Source: Candidatus Omnitrophota bacterium (lineage in GTDB: Bacteria > Omnitrophota > Gorgyraeia > Zapsychrales > JANLHA01). From it: a stretch of DNA of 64,000 bases. This document shows positions 8,902 to 18,450 of this stretch, in pieces. The stretch covers positions 5,926 through 69,925 of the forward strand of contig JAGLNJ010000051.1 of NCBI GenBank assembly GCA_023139575.1, written 5' to 3'. The number at the start of each line of letters is the position of its first letter. Positions within the stretch are counted from its first letter, which is position 1. The position numbers and the translations under genes are program-made. The notes beneath the pieces were generated by a model, which was not told the origin of the DNA, ran no database searches, and worked only from the letters and a program-made list of their open reading frames with translations.

Positions 8902-11900
8902 TTAATTGGCGCCGGACAAAAACGCCCCGTCACACGGCACAAATTTTAACCGCATGCCTTGGTTTGCGTATAACATAGAATCACCAACACTCCTTGTCAC
9001 CAAATAGCCAAGCTCACCCATTTCACCCTCATCAAAGAAATACGCCGCGCAACTTTCCTCTACTACCCCGTGAGGCAACAAGTGCTCATGCACATAATTC
9101 CAACAATTAATATACTCAAGCTTTGAAAAACCCAGAGCCATTACCCCCCACTGAGCATCCGTTATAGCATGCGGGAAAGTGGCAATAGAATATTTGCTAT
9201 AATTTAACATAAACGCATAGCCCCACTCTGACCCATCAAGTAATTGTAACGGCCGGCACGCTCCTTCGACGCCAGCAACCTCCCCAGCTGAAAGTTCATC
9301 CGCTGCGGGATTATAATCACGAATCTCCCATAAATCTGAGTCGTCTGGAAACGTGATTACTCCTTGCACCTCTTCCGATTCATCAAACCGGATAACGCGC
9401 ACCTTTACCATACCCTCTGTGGAAACCAATTCATAACAACGGCTCGTCCCCCAATCCTTCGTGTAACTATCCACACGCGGCCACTCGGGATCCGGGCCAC
9501 CAACAGAATCAGGCCCTCCCTCAACAGGCCAATAACCGCAGGCATTATTACACCGTCCGGGAGCCCTTACCTCAACCTTGACAGCATGCCAGAAACCTTT
9601 GGAGCTTCCGTCTGCGCGCAACTCATCATCTTCCAGATCTTCGTCCTGCCACACATAAACGACGACAGATGCCGTTCCTTTTGTGTCCTCATAATTAAAG
9701 CGCGCTTGCACCATGGTTTCCATCGGAGAGTCCTGATCAAAAGGCGCGGGTGACGCCGTATTAAAAGGACTGTTTCCGTCAAGAAAGGCCGTAAAATGCT
9801 TCCATCCGTCATGCAAAATAAGCATGGCCCTTAAAGCTTCTTTCAATCTCGCTTGCAGGAACAGAAATCGTTTTTTAAATTTTGCCACCTGATTTTCCGC
9901 GTTTTTCATACAAGCTTCTGCTGTAGCCAAAAAAGCTCCCGAAGGATTAAAGGATCCTTGTGTCAGTTCCAAGCTCTCCACCAAAGAATCATACCATGTT
10001 GAATCATGCCATAAGGCTACTTCGGCGGCGGTAAACTCAGGCTCAGCAATCAGCCAAGCGCAACTAAAATAATTTTCCGGCAAAACCGTTTCCTCTTCAT
10101 AAGGCTGATCCCAAATCGGAAGCAAATAAGGATAATCAAAGGCCCAGCCGAAAGGCATCGCGGCCGGAGAGCAAAGAGTGATGCAGTCTGCGATCGCCGC
10201 CGGGTCTGGCGGTGGAACCATAAGATCCGGGGTGATATTGAAACATGCGTCAAAGGCAGCTTCATGTGCCGGGTCCGCGGGCCACTGCCATGCAGGCAGC
10301 GTAACAAGCAGCCCGGCCGAAGTGCGGTACTCCTGGGGCAACACTGAATTATTACAATTAGCCCTGCACTCCGCCATATTTGCCGAATTATAGCAAGTAT
10401 CAAACAACGCGCTTGCGACAGGATCCGGTGTTAGTTCATTAAAGTCCGGATCAGTCGCATCTCTTGCAACCAAGACCGCCGGACGGAAAGAGGCGTCACC
10501 CATAGACGGAAGAGGCGTGCCGGGAAAAGTATGGCAACTCCCTAAATTATAAGGCGGTTGTGTCATGGTTAGAGCATTTGTTACCGCATCAAAAAAGATC
10601 GTGTTATACAGTGGATCTGATGGATCATGAAACCAGGCACAACTACCCGGCTCAAGTGACGGTGGTGGTGGATCCTCAAAAACAGGCGGCACAAAGGCCG
10701 GCAATCCGGCACAATAATAATTACATTCAATAACATCCGCTGACACCAGGCATCTCATTATCTCTTCCGACGCTCCCGCGTTGCCGAAATCCATCCCCTG
10801 GAAGAGAATGGCGTCCGCCCCGGGAACCAGACACCGCGGCAATAACAAACAGGCCTCTGCCGCTCCGGCAGAATCCCCGGAAAAAAGAGCGTCAAAACAT
10901 CTTTGAAACTTCTGAGCATTTCCGATCGCGGGCGCGAGACCGCTTAGAGGGTATGTTCTTTCATCATTGACCTGCCAATTCAAACAGCTGACCACATCAA
11001 ACAGGTCTCCTCGAGACGGCTGATCAAACTCATCTGTAACGCTTCTTGTAAACATGGTCGGATCTATTTCGTTATAAACGGCCGCGGGAAAATCATCAAA
11101 AATCCAGTCACCCGCAGCAGGAACATAGTTAAAGCTGTCCGCTTCACCAAGAACAAACCCTATCGTCGGCGTTACATAAGGACATTCATTGACCCCATAT
11201 TCATTGGGGGCTGCTTGTTCCGGCGGGACGCACCAAACATCCATCTCGTTGCAACTGTCGGCAACATAGGGATTCGGCAGCACACCAATACCAAGGTCTT
11301 TAGTGTCCATACCTGCGGGATAAAAGCCCGGATGAGGAAATCCTTCATTAACTCCCATGCCATAAGGAGGGGAAAGATCAAAAGGCGGTGCTTGAGCATA
11401 AATCCAATAAAATATCCTCCACCAAAAACGATATATCTCATAACGCCATACCCATAACGTCCCATCATTTCCTTTTACAAAACTAAAAGGACATGCCCCT
11501 CCCTTAGCTCCCATATCCTCATCCAGGCGCTCTCCTGTATTAACATTTACACAAGGAGCCTCAAGCCAAGAGGATGCTATTTTATACCATTCCTTAGTTG
11601 TTTTTACCAATGCCCGTAAATTCTGGTCCAAAAGTGTTTCTGCATAAGAATAAAATTCACTTAAACCATAGACGATTTCGTCCAAAGAGTCTTCTGGATA
11701 CTCGGCTGGATCAGTCCCTCCGACCCCGCAATCACATGTATACGGCACATCCTGCAGATAAGGAAATCTAAGCCTCCTCTCTTGAGAATACGGGTCTGTG
11801 TGGTCTTCCCATGACGCGTCATCATAACACGCTCGATGTTTCGGGCAGTTTCCTTCATAAGGATACACATCCGAACAGAAACGATCCGCCCCCCTCTTCC

Positions 11901-13710
11901 ATCCCCCCTCACCTAAAGGATCCGCAGCGCAAGTGTCATCGTCGGCAATTAACCCTGCCGGCATCGGGACCTTATCCGCCAGCTGAGGAGGGTCACCCGC
12001 AGCGCCGGTATTGGCTTCGTCCAAACACCAATCGCCGCTGAAAGGAGCGTCACCTAAAATGTTAGGAAGTTCAAGCCGACTATTAATTCCATCGTGATCA
12101 TCATCGGCCATTTCCGGATATATATCAGCTAAAATACATGGCACCCCCGATCTTACATCACAATAAACACATTGATCATCAGTGTAATCTAAATATAATG
12201 GGGACAATTCTGTGCCCCAATCGGCAATTTTATGAAAAAGCTGAAAAATCCCTCCAGCAGGATAATTGTCGTTCAAAAGTCCCGGGCGCAAATCATAATT
12301 CATGGCATAAATCGGTGTTTTGTAATAACCCGAGACGTCATCTAATCTAAAAAGGCCTTCAATGGAACTCCCGACCGTGCTTTCCTGCCGTGTCAAACGC
12401 AGCCTGTCAGGATTGGCCGCATCAAAATAAGCCGGGTCTGTCGGGTTATAACGATAGAGATGGTGCTCATCATCCCGCCCCAGCAACTCTCTAAACGAAT
12501 AAAATCCATTAGTATGGTCTTCATATGCCGAATCGTAAATCTCTTCATATATTTCTCCGGCTTTATCATACGGCGTATTAGCCACACAAAGAGCCGGGTT
12601 CCCGCAAGGGTATTGCGGATCTCCAGGATCGTTACAGCAAGGCGGCATCACCGGAAGATTCTCTTCTCTGCCGTCGAATATAAGCACCCCCAAAATATCT
12701 ACACCAAAATCAGACACACAGCACGGATTACATTCTGAAGGCATGTCCAAAGGGAAGTCCGCAGGGAGGGATGGAAAGTTTCCCGGGCAGCACGGGTGTA
12801 TACCTGCCGAGGTAACACAATCTACCGGGTCTAAGAGTCCCCAGGTAGAAAACTGAGCGTTAAGATCATTACACAAGGCCACGTTCATGCCACTACTCCC
12901 ACAGTCAATATTGCATTTACCCGGATCCGCGTAAAGAAAACATGCCATGGATTGCTGAAAAAACTGAATAGCGTTAACCGGCGGGGCAATTATTGTTCGC
13001 AGTCGGTCTGTATAATAATAGGCAAACCGGGAAACATAATCACTGGCTTCATTCCTGGCAATGGCCGCATTCGTCTCCCAGTTAAGATCCTGATCAATAT
13101 CATGGAGGTCTGGAAAATAAACCTGATCCGTAATCGAATTCTGCAGCCCCATCAAAATCCCCCGCTCAATGAGCATGTCTTCAATAGAAAGGGCTTCTGC
13201 CATCATTTTATTCCATAGAGTCGTAATCCCGGGCTGCACAATTGTTAGTTGGACAACTAAAGAAGCCACAGACAAGATTAGAGCAAGACCCAAACAGACC
13301 AACTTCAGGGCAACGAAAGTCGCTGTCCCCGCGGAGGCGATAGTGATTATTATCGCAATAATGACAATGACAATCGTAAAGATGGCTTTTAAAACACCCG
13401 TCATGCCGCAAATACGCTGACGGCCCCCTAAAACTTCTTGAAATATTCTTTCCCCGTAGCTGGCCATTAAAGAAACCATATGCCCGGCAGATGCATTCGC
13501 CGCCATAACCGCAATGGTCTTGGTCCGTGAAACTCTCCCCATATTCATTACAGCCGCATAAATAATAAGAGCCAGGGCGGCTATAAGAATAAGAACAACG
13601 CCGACTTGGCCAGAGGTGTTTTTTAAAGAAGTTCTGTTTTTTTCTGAAAAGGAAAAAACGCTGTTTTTCCTGAAAACGTTTTGAATATTTTTTCGCAATA
13701 ATCTAAACAT
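8902..13710 (-). CDS. Very large (~1600 aa) TadG-like, Cys/Pro/Asp-rich pilus-associated protein, probable tip adhesin
   Basis: SG^QVGVVLILIAALALIIY...NMGRVS...AANASA resembles a TadG N-terminus; ATG 13710 with TAAGG SD; dozens of Cys; DxDxD-like motifs. Confidence 0.75.
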   Translation of the reverse strand: MFRLLRKNIQNVFRKNSVFSFSEKNRTSLKNTSGQVGVVLILIAALALIIYAAVMNMGRVSRTKTIAVMAANASAGHMVSLMASYGERIFQEVLGGRQRICGMTGVLKAIFTIVIVIIAIIITIASAGTATFVALKLVCLGLALILSVASLVVQLTIVQPGITTLWNKMMAEALSIEDMLIERGILMGLQNSITDQVYFPDLHDIDQDLNWETNAAIARNEASDYVSRFAYYYTDRLRTIIAPPVNAIQFFQQSMACFLYADPGKCNIDCGSSGMNVALCNDLNAQFSTWGLLDPVDCVTSAGIHPCCPGNFPSLPADFPLDMPSECNPCCVSDFGVDILGVLIFDGREENLPVMPPCCNDPGDPQYPCGNPALCVANTPYDKAGEIYEEIYDSAYEDHTNGFYSFRELLGRDDEHHLYRYNPTDPAYFDAANPDRLRLTRQESTVGSSIEGLFRLDDVSGYYKTPIYAMNYDLRPGLLNDNYPAGGIFQLFHKIADWGTELSPLYLDYTDDQCVYCDVRSGVPCILADIYPEMADDDHDGINSRLELPNILGDAPFSGDWCLDEANTGAAGDPPQLADKVPMPAGLIADDDTCAADPLGEGGWKRGADRFCSDVYPYEGNCPKHRACYDDASWEDHTDPYSQERRLRFPYLQDVPYTCDCGVGGTDPAEYPEDSLDEIVYGLSEFYSYAETLLDQNLRALVKTTKEWYKIASSWLEAPCVNVNTGERLDEDMGAKGGACPFSFVKGNDGTLWVWRYEIYRFWWRIFYWIYAQAPPFDLSPPYGMGVNEGFPHPGFYPAGMDTKDLGIGVLPNPYVADSCNEMDVWCVPPEQAAPNEYGVNECPYVTPTIGFVLGEADSFNYVPAAGDWIFDDFPAAVYNEIDPTMFTRSVTDEFDQPSRGDLFDVVSCLNWQVNDERTYPLSGLAPAIGNAQKFQRCFDALFSGDSAGAAEACLLLPRCLVPGADAILFQGMDFGNAGASEEIMRCLVSADVIECNYYCAGLPAFVPPVFEDPPPPSLEPGSCAWFHDPSDPLYNTIFFDAVTNALTMTQPPYNLGSCHTFPGTPLPSMGDASFRPAVLVARDATDPDFNELTPDPVASALFDTCYNSANMAECRANCNNSVLPQEYRTSAGLLVTLPAWQWPADPAHEAAFDACFNITPDLMVPPPDPAAIADCITLCSPAAMPFGWAFDYPYLLPIWDQPYEEETVLPENYFSCAWLIAEPEFTAAEVALWHDSTWYDSLVESLELTQGSFNPSGAFLATAEACMKNAENQVAKFKKRFLFLQARLKEALRAMLILHDGWKHFTAFLDGNSPFNTASPAPFDQDSPMETMVQARFNYEDTKGTASVVVYVWQDEDLEDDELRADGSSKGFWHAVKVEVRAPGRCNNACGYWPVEGGPDSVGGPDPEWPRVDSYTKDWGTSRCYELVSTEGMVKVRVIRFDESEEVQGVITFPDDSDLWEIRDYNPAADELSAGEVAGVEGACRPLQLLDGSEWGYAFMLNYSKYSIATFPHAITDAQWGVMALGFSKLEYINCWNYVHEHLLPHGVVEESCAAYFFDEGEMGELGYLVTRSVGDSMLYANQGMRLKFVPCDGAFLSGAN

Positions 13711-13727
13711 TAACAAACCTTATTTTA

Positions 13728-14039
13728 TTAATCATAAGGACGGTCCTTTTGAAAAATTTCGCTTCTCACGCTCGGTTGAAAGGGCGCTGTTCCTCCCTTA
13801 TAAAAACGCGGACGCAGTTGATAAAGGATGCCGTCATAACTTGCCGGAACATCTTCTATTAAACCATCTCGATGCGCCGCCAACCTTCCGATCAAGTCCT
13901 TGCCCGACCATACAAAAAGTCTGATCGTTCCCAAAATGATCAAAACCGTTCCGAACAAGCTAAAACACAATTCTAAGGCAACCTGTGCCTTATTGCGACA
14001 TCGCTGTTCCTTTTTTCTTCTAAACAAAAAAATACGCAT
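13728..14039 (-). CDS. TadE-like minor pilin
   Basis: KA^QVALEL plus hydrophobic helix. Confidence 0.8.
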   Translation of the reverse strand: MRIFLFRRKKEQRCRNKAQVALELCFSLFGTVLIILGTIRLFVWSGKDLIGRLAAHRDGLIEDVPASYDGILYQLRPRFYKGGTAPFQPSVRSEIFQKDRPYD

Positions 14040-14048
14040 TCCGTCTCC

Positions 14049-15587
14049 TTACAAATTAGAGCCAGGCACTCTTGTAATCCATTGATGCCCCCGCTGATCA
14101 TGCACGCGGGAACGGACAACCAACAACATCGTTTCCAGATCAAGACACGTTAATTCAACGTTGGAGCCTTCATAACAATTGCCGCAAACCTCAACCGGGT
14201 TGGTCATGCCGAAAACACCATGAATAGTCGCAAAAGGAAGCCCTCCTGCCCCATATATAATAGTTTCGTCGGCTTCTTCCCAATTTACAGGAACACCGTT
14301 ACGGCAAAACCTCCCGGTATCGTTAGTTATTTTAAAAATCCTCTCTATAATATCAAGATTCTCCTGAATTAAAGTATGGCGTGTTTGACTGTTTTCCAAC
14401 TCATAAGCATTCGTTAACGCGCTTCCGTCTCCTTCAAGGCCGGTAAAAGAATACATTGTCATATCTGGCAGAAGACCAATCTTAATATAGGTTTGGGCAG
14501 GGTTTCGCAGCAAGAATATCTTAAGATCCATATCATCTTCGGCATTGTTTAAATCACCTTCTTGAGAATCCATAACTCTCAATTTTGTAACAACCCCATA
14601 TTGATCCGTTGACCAGTCAACAATACTTTCTTCTCTCAGATCCCCATCAACATCTATCAGTGTGTTAATCTGTTCGTCAGGTAATATCCCTCTTATCCCT
14701 TTATAAAAAGAGTCATCGAAAAACACATTTTTGTACTTCTTAAACTTGTCGTGGTTAACACCGGCCACCGGCATCCATTGCCATGCAAATTTACTTCGGG
14801 CAGCCGCAGTGGCTACATCAGGGGCACCGCCGCTAAAGTCCAAATCAAAACGATTCACTTCGCCAGCTTTAAAATCGTAAGGCTGGCTTTGATTGGCGAG
14901 CCTAGCAAAAAATATTGTACAGCCGACAATGCCAACACCGGGAAGAAACATGCATTGCGACTTATAACACGTACCATGAGGCGCTATGCTTTCCAAAGCA
15001 GGAACTGCAGCGTAATACGGGCTGCATTCCTGGAGGTTAACAACTCTTGTTCCTCCCGACCAGGTGTCCTGCCAGCTCACAGCGGCATTACCCGTGCCGG
15101 AAGGATAATTATAGCGGCGAAAAGCGGATAATGTAAATGGAAAACGCTGCCCGTTTATAAAAATATCCTGAACGGGAAGATTCCAATGCTCACAAATACC
15201 GTTTTCATTTGGGCATTCTACAGGATAAAACATAGCTTTAGTAAACGACGCGCTAGCTGATGCGACAAAAGGAATCCTGTCCCGAGTGCCTGTGGGTTGG
15301 GAAGCATCTGCCGACAACCTGTCTTCCAAAACCAATACTGACGCCGTATTCCGAGCTGCAGACGTCTGATAGGTTATGGTTCCATAGTTATATTTACCTT
15401 CTCCCGTGCGAAAAGACTCAATCATAGCCAGACGCATCGTCTTCAGGCTCTGATTCATCATTGAGCTGGACTGCAGGGCAGCCTTCACGATGAGCCCAAT
15501 AATAAAAATAACAATGGCTCCGAAAATGGCTAATTCGGTAGCTGATTGTGCTAATCTCAATTTTTTTTTCTTTGGGCTATTCAACAT
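14049..15587 (-). CDS. Large minor pilin-like protein (512 aa)
   Basis: LA^QSATELAIFGAIVIFIIG; Cys pairs; DVDGD motif. Confidence 0.8.
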   Translation of the reverse strand: MLNSPKKKKLRLAQSATELAIFGAIVIFIIGLIVKAALQSSSMMNQSLKTMRLAMIESFRTGEGKYNYGTITYQTSAARNTASVLVLEDRLSADASQPTGTRDRIPFVASASASFTKAMFYPVECPNENGICEHWNLPVQDIFINGQRFPFTLSAFRRYNYPSGTGNAAVSWQDTWSGGTRVVNLQECSPYYAAVPALESIAPHGTCYKSQCMFLPGVGIVGCTIFFARLANQSQPYDFKAGEVNRFDLDFSGGAPDVATAAARSKFAWQWMPVAGVNHDKFKKYKNVFFDDSFYKGIRGILPDEQINTLIDVDGDLREESIVDWSTDQYGVVTKLRVMDSQEGDLNNAEDDMDLKIFLLRNPAQTYIKIGLLPDMTMYSFTGLEGDGSALTNAYELENSQTRHTLIQENLDIIERIFKITNDTGRFCRNGVPVNWEEADETIIYGAGGLPFATIHGVFGMTNPVEVCGNCYEGSNVELTCLDLETMLLVVRSRVHDQRGHQWITRVPGSNL

Positions 15588-15614
15588 TTTTATATTAACT
15601 TCTCGGGTTGCTCT

Positions 15615-15944
15615 TTATGGAATTAACGATACGGATCCTGCCACGGACTGTGTCATATTCGCCGTATCAAGACGCAAAGTCCAATATCCCGGCTCGCTGT
15701 TAACAAGGTCTGGAACTGCTTCCGTATATGTTGTCGAATTGCCGGTCGTCGAATACGTCACCGCACCATTCATAAGCTCAGGATCATATTGATCGCCTAT
15801 CCCGTCAACGGCATCGCGCCACCTTCCCTGAATCCCTCTTTTAAAATAAATGCCGCCGACAAAAACAGCGGCCACAATAATCGTTGTCAACACAATATAC
15901 TCTGAAGCGCTTTGTCCCATCTTTTTTTTCATTCTAATGAGCAT
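15615..15944 (-). CDS. Minor pilin (class III signal peptide)
   Basis: MG^QSASEY; YFKRGIQGRW...IGDQYDP. Confidence 0.85.
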   Translation of the reverse strand: MLIRMKKKMGQSASEYIVLTTIIVAAVFVGGIYFKRGIQGRWRDAVDGIGDQYDPELMNGAVTYSTTGNSTTYTEAVPDLVNSEPGYWTLRLDTANMTQSVAGSVSLIP

Positions 15945-15967
15945 TTTCCACCTTCTTTTTTCACCCT

Positions 15968-16318
15968 TTATAACGGATCCTTCTCGAGAAACCCCAAATT
16001 AGCATGCGTTTCTGTCATAACACTCTGCCCACGCATAATTGAATAAGTAGTCTCTCCCATATCTTCTGCTTTCGTTTTTGAGTCACTTAGCTGAATTTGC
16101 GCCGTTGAGTTAATCACTATCCCCATTTTTCCGCCAAGCTGTTCCGCCTCTTCTTGATTTCCCACTTGATCTGACATCATTTTTACCATGGCCTGCGCCG
16201 TTCTCTTGACCATTGGAGTCATAACCATTCCTATAGAAAATATAACGCCCAGCAAAAAGGTATATTCCAAAACTGTTTGCGCTTTTTTCTTTGATTGTTT
16301 GTTTTTGTATCTTATCAT
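15968..16318 (-). CDS. Minor pilin (class III signal peptide)
   Basis: KA^QTVLEY; KRTAQA...DQVGNQ. Confidence 0.85.
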   Translation of the reverse strand: MIRYKNKQSKKKAQTVLEYTFLLGVIFSIGMVMTPMVKRTAQAMVKMMSDQVGNQEEAEQLGGKMGIVINSTAQIQLSDSKTKAEDMGETTYSIMRGQSVMTETHANLGFLEKDPL

Positions 16319-16326
16319 AAATATAT

Positions 16327-16698
16327 TTAGTTAGCATACTTGGGCGCCAACTGATTAGTAAAAGTGTCCGTAGTTGAAGTGTGATCTATTTCAAAACGAA
16401 ACTCTTCAGCCAAGGTCGGAAACTGCTTTCGAATTATGTTACTTGCAACAACCCTCCTTGCCATTTGATTAACATAATATGGTTCGTATGAAAAATATCC
16501 AACTCCCTGGTAGTCGTCGCTGTCAAACTCCTCTTTTACTTCCTTGACCATGAAGAGGCGGACATCCCGTATTTTAGACTGAACAGCGCGGCGAAAATAT
16601 GTCGCCATAGACATAATAATGGCAACCACGAGAAAAAACATAATAGAATGTTGTATGGCCAAGCTTTGTCCGTTTTTATTTTTCAGTTGTTTAAGCAT
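16327..16698 (-). CDS. Minor pilin-like protein with atypical signal (no Glu at +5)
   Basis: NG^QSLAIQH plus hydrophobic helix; YFRRAVQ...YEPYY. Confidence 0.75.
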   Translation of the reverse strand: MLKQLKNKNGQSLAIQHSIMFFLVVAIIMSMATYFRRAVQSKIRDVRLFMVKEVKEEFDSDDYQGVGYFSYEPYYVNQMARRVVASNIIRKQFPTLAEEFRFEIDHTSTTDTFTNQLAPKYAN

Positions 16699-16760
16699 TA
16701 ATCTATAAATATTAGTATGAATATTAAATAATTAAAATAGAAAATTTGCTCTACCTCACA

Positions 16761-16811
16761 AAATAAAGAATGGCTTACCTAAAATTCCCTCAAGTAAGCC
16801 ATTCTTTATTT
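16761..16811. terminator. 18-bp perfect inverted repeat within the pilin operon (terminator or mRNA stabiliser)
   Basis: AAATAAAGAATGGCTTAC-N15-GTAAGCCATTCTTTATTT. Confidence 0.75.
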
Positions 16812-16853
16812 AACACATTAAACATTCCTTTTACTTAAACTAGGGCGATGAAA

Positions 16854-17174
16854 TTATCCCCAGAAAGGTTGCTCAGCGTTAATAATTTCCTGATTTGATG
16901 TAACTGTTGTAATCTCATCGGCTAGCAAAACTGATGAAGTTACTCCATCCTGAAACGTTTCTTGCGTACTTGCCGATGTAATTGTCATTTTAATTACATT
17001 TGTGTTTCCCGGAGCATACTGATCCCCGATGTCATCAGTAGCGCTACGCATACGACCTTGAATACCTCTTTTAATATAAACCTGTATAGATAAAAGAGCG
17101 CCTATCACGATGATAATCAAAACAGCATATTCGAGAGTGCTTTGCCCTTTCATCTTTCTTAAAAATTTAAACAT
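16854..17174 (-). CDS. Pilin (class III signal peptide), 106 aa
   Basis: Start moved to ATG 17174 behind AAGGAGG; KG^QSTLEY; YIKRGIQGR...IGDQYAP. Confidence 0.88.
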   Translation of the reverse strand: MFKFLRKMKGQSTLEYAVLIIIVIGALLSIQVYIKRGIQGRMRSATDDIGDQYAPGNTNVIKMTITSASTQETFQDGVTSSVLLADEITTVTSNQEIINAEQPFWG

Positions 17175-17233
17175 TGATATATCCTCCTTATCAAATATTA
17201 GCATTTTAACGCTTTACCTAGCAAAGACTCACC

Positions 17234-17611
17234 TTAAATACCGTCAATCAAGCCGAGAGTCGTATCATACTGTGATACCTGAGAACCGCCAGTTCCACGA
17301 GTTCTGGTGTCATCGACGTTGTAAGCGATCATCGCCGAAAGATCAGCTCTTTGCTTTTGCAGTTCTGATTCGGTACTTGCCGTGGTAACAGCATAATTTG
17401 TTTCCAAGTAATACGGTTCGTATTGGTTAGTAGTGTCTCCGAGACCTGCTGTTTCGTTCGTTAAATATGTAGAAGCAGCGCGAATTCTGGCTTGGAGAGT
17501 TCTTTGCGCATAAGTCTGCATAGCAATTACAGCCGCGACGACCAAAGAAATCAAAAGGGCGTATTCAGCTGTCTGCTGTGCTTTTTTATTTTTAATGATT
17601 CTTTTTAACAT
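17234..17611 (-). CDS. Pilin (class III signal peptide)
   Basis: GGAGGT SD; KA^QQTAEY; YAQRTLQAR...QYEPYY. Confidence 0.88.
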   Translation of the reverse strand: MLKRIIKNKKAQQTAEYALLISLVVAAVIAMQTYAQRTLQARIRAASTYLTNETAGLGDTTNQYEPYYLETNYAVTTASTESELQKQRADLSAMIAYNVDDTRTRGTGGSQVSQYDTTLGLIDGI

Positions 17612-17667
17612 TTATTGTACCTCCGTAAACGTTATTTATAGTCTATCTTCATTTTTGTTAACTCCCA

Positions 17668-17874
17668 TTATGGAGCGACTGGACGGGAATCTGACAAGCG
17701 CTGAGCCATATCATCCATGTCATCTGTGCTGTCCGTCAGTGTCGTTTGAAGCTGTGTTTGGAAAAGTCCACCCGGACCTAAGAAAACAATAAGAATGGCA
17801 ACAACACCAGCTACAAGAATGATGTACTCTAAGGTGCTCTGCCCTTTTTCCCTTCTGTTAAGCTTTTGTAACAT
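17668..17874 (-). CDS. Flp-sized pilin, 68 aa, candidate major pilin
   Basis: Start moved to ATG 17874 behind AAGGAGG; KG^QSTLEYIILVAGVVAILIVF. Confidence 0.85.
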   Translation of the reverse strand: MLQKLNRREKGQSTLEYIILVAGVVAILIVFLGPGGLFQTQLQTTLTDSTDDMDDMAQRLSDSRPVAP

Positions 17875-17935
17875 TATATTTTCCTCCTTACTTACTAAGT
17901 CTTTCTGCTTTTTTAGGCGTTTCCAAAAAAACACC

Positions 17936-18100
17936 TTAATTTGCGCGAAATCCTTTTTGAATTACCTGTTGAGTTGCTTGAACTGAACGAAACACGTAAG
18001 TACTCATTGCCATCATGGCAGCGGCAATTACAGCAACGACGAGAGCGTATTCGATAAAATTTTGACCTGCTTTACTTTTAATTTTCTTTATAAGCCTCAT
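17936..18100 (-). CDS. Flp-sized pilin, 54 aa
   Basis: Start moved to ATG 18100 (GAAGGTG SD); AG^QNFIEYALVVAVIAAA. Confidence 0.85.
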   Translation of the reverse strand: MRLIKKIKSKAGQNFIEYALVVAVIAAAMMAMSTYVFRSVQATQQVIQKGFRAN

Positions 18101-18132
18101 CGCACCTTCACTTTCCGTGTACAGATAATTCG

Positions 18133-18250
18133 TGCCCAACTTAAGCAACTTAAAGTGGATTTTTATTGGGCAACTCTATTGCCGGCACGATCATGCCGAC
18201 ATCCGCATAACAAAAATCATTATGCAAGATTGAACCCCGTTAAAAACGGG
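18133..18250 (-). promoter_or_regulatory. Four consecutive hairpins in the pilin-operon leader
   Basis: CCCGTT/AACGGG (18236-18250), GCATAA/TTATGC (18205-18225), GTCGGCA/TGCCGGC (18181-18200), TGCCCAA/TTGGGCA (18133-18172). Confidence 0.6.
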
Positions 18251-18280
18251 AAGAAAGCCTTAATCAATTATGAAATAGCA

Positions 18281-18310
18281 ATAAAAAAGCCTCCAAGTGT
18301 TTTGGAGACT
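18281..18310 (-). terminator. Intrinsic terminator in the pilin-operon leader (candidate attenuator)
   Basis: Minus strand AGTCTCCAA-AACAC-TTGGAGGCT-TTTTTAT; overlaps the uORF stop codon. Confidence 0.8.
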
Positions 18311-18395
18311 AGTGTGTTCTGTCTGTATTATCTTGTGTTATAGCTGTTTTAGAGTAAAAGTACCCTTGGTTGAACCGTATATAAAAAAGCCTCAT
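18309..18395 (-). CDS. Putative leader peptide (uORF), 28 aa, MRLFYIRFNQGYFYSKTAITQDNTDRTH
   Basis: AAGGAG SD 5 nt upstream of ATG 18395; the TAG overlaps the terminator stem. Confidence 0.65.
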   Translation of the reverse strand: MRLFYIRFNQGYFYSKTAITQDNTDRTH

Positions 18396-18450
18396 GGCTT
18401 CTCCTTAGCTTAGTTACTTTATTTCACAAAACTTTACTTCGGGTGAATAA

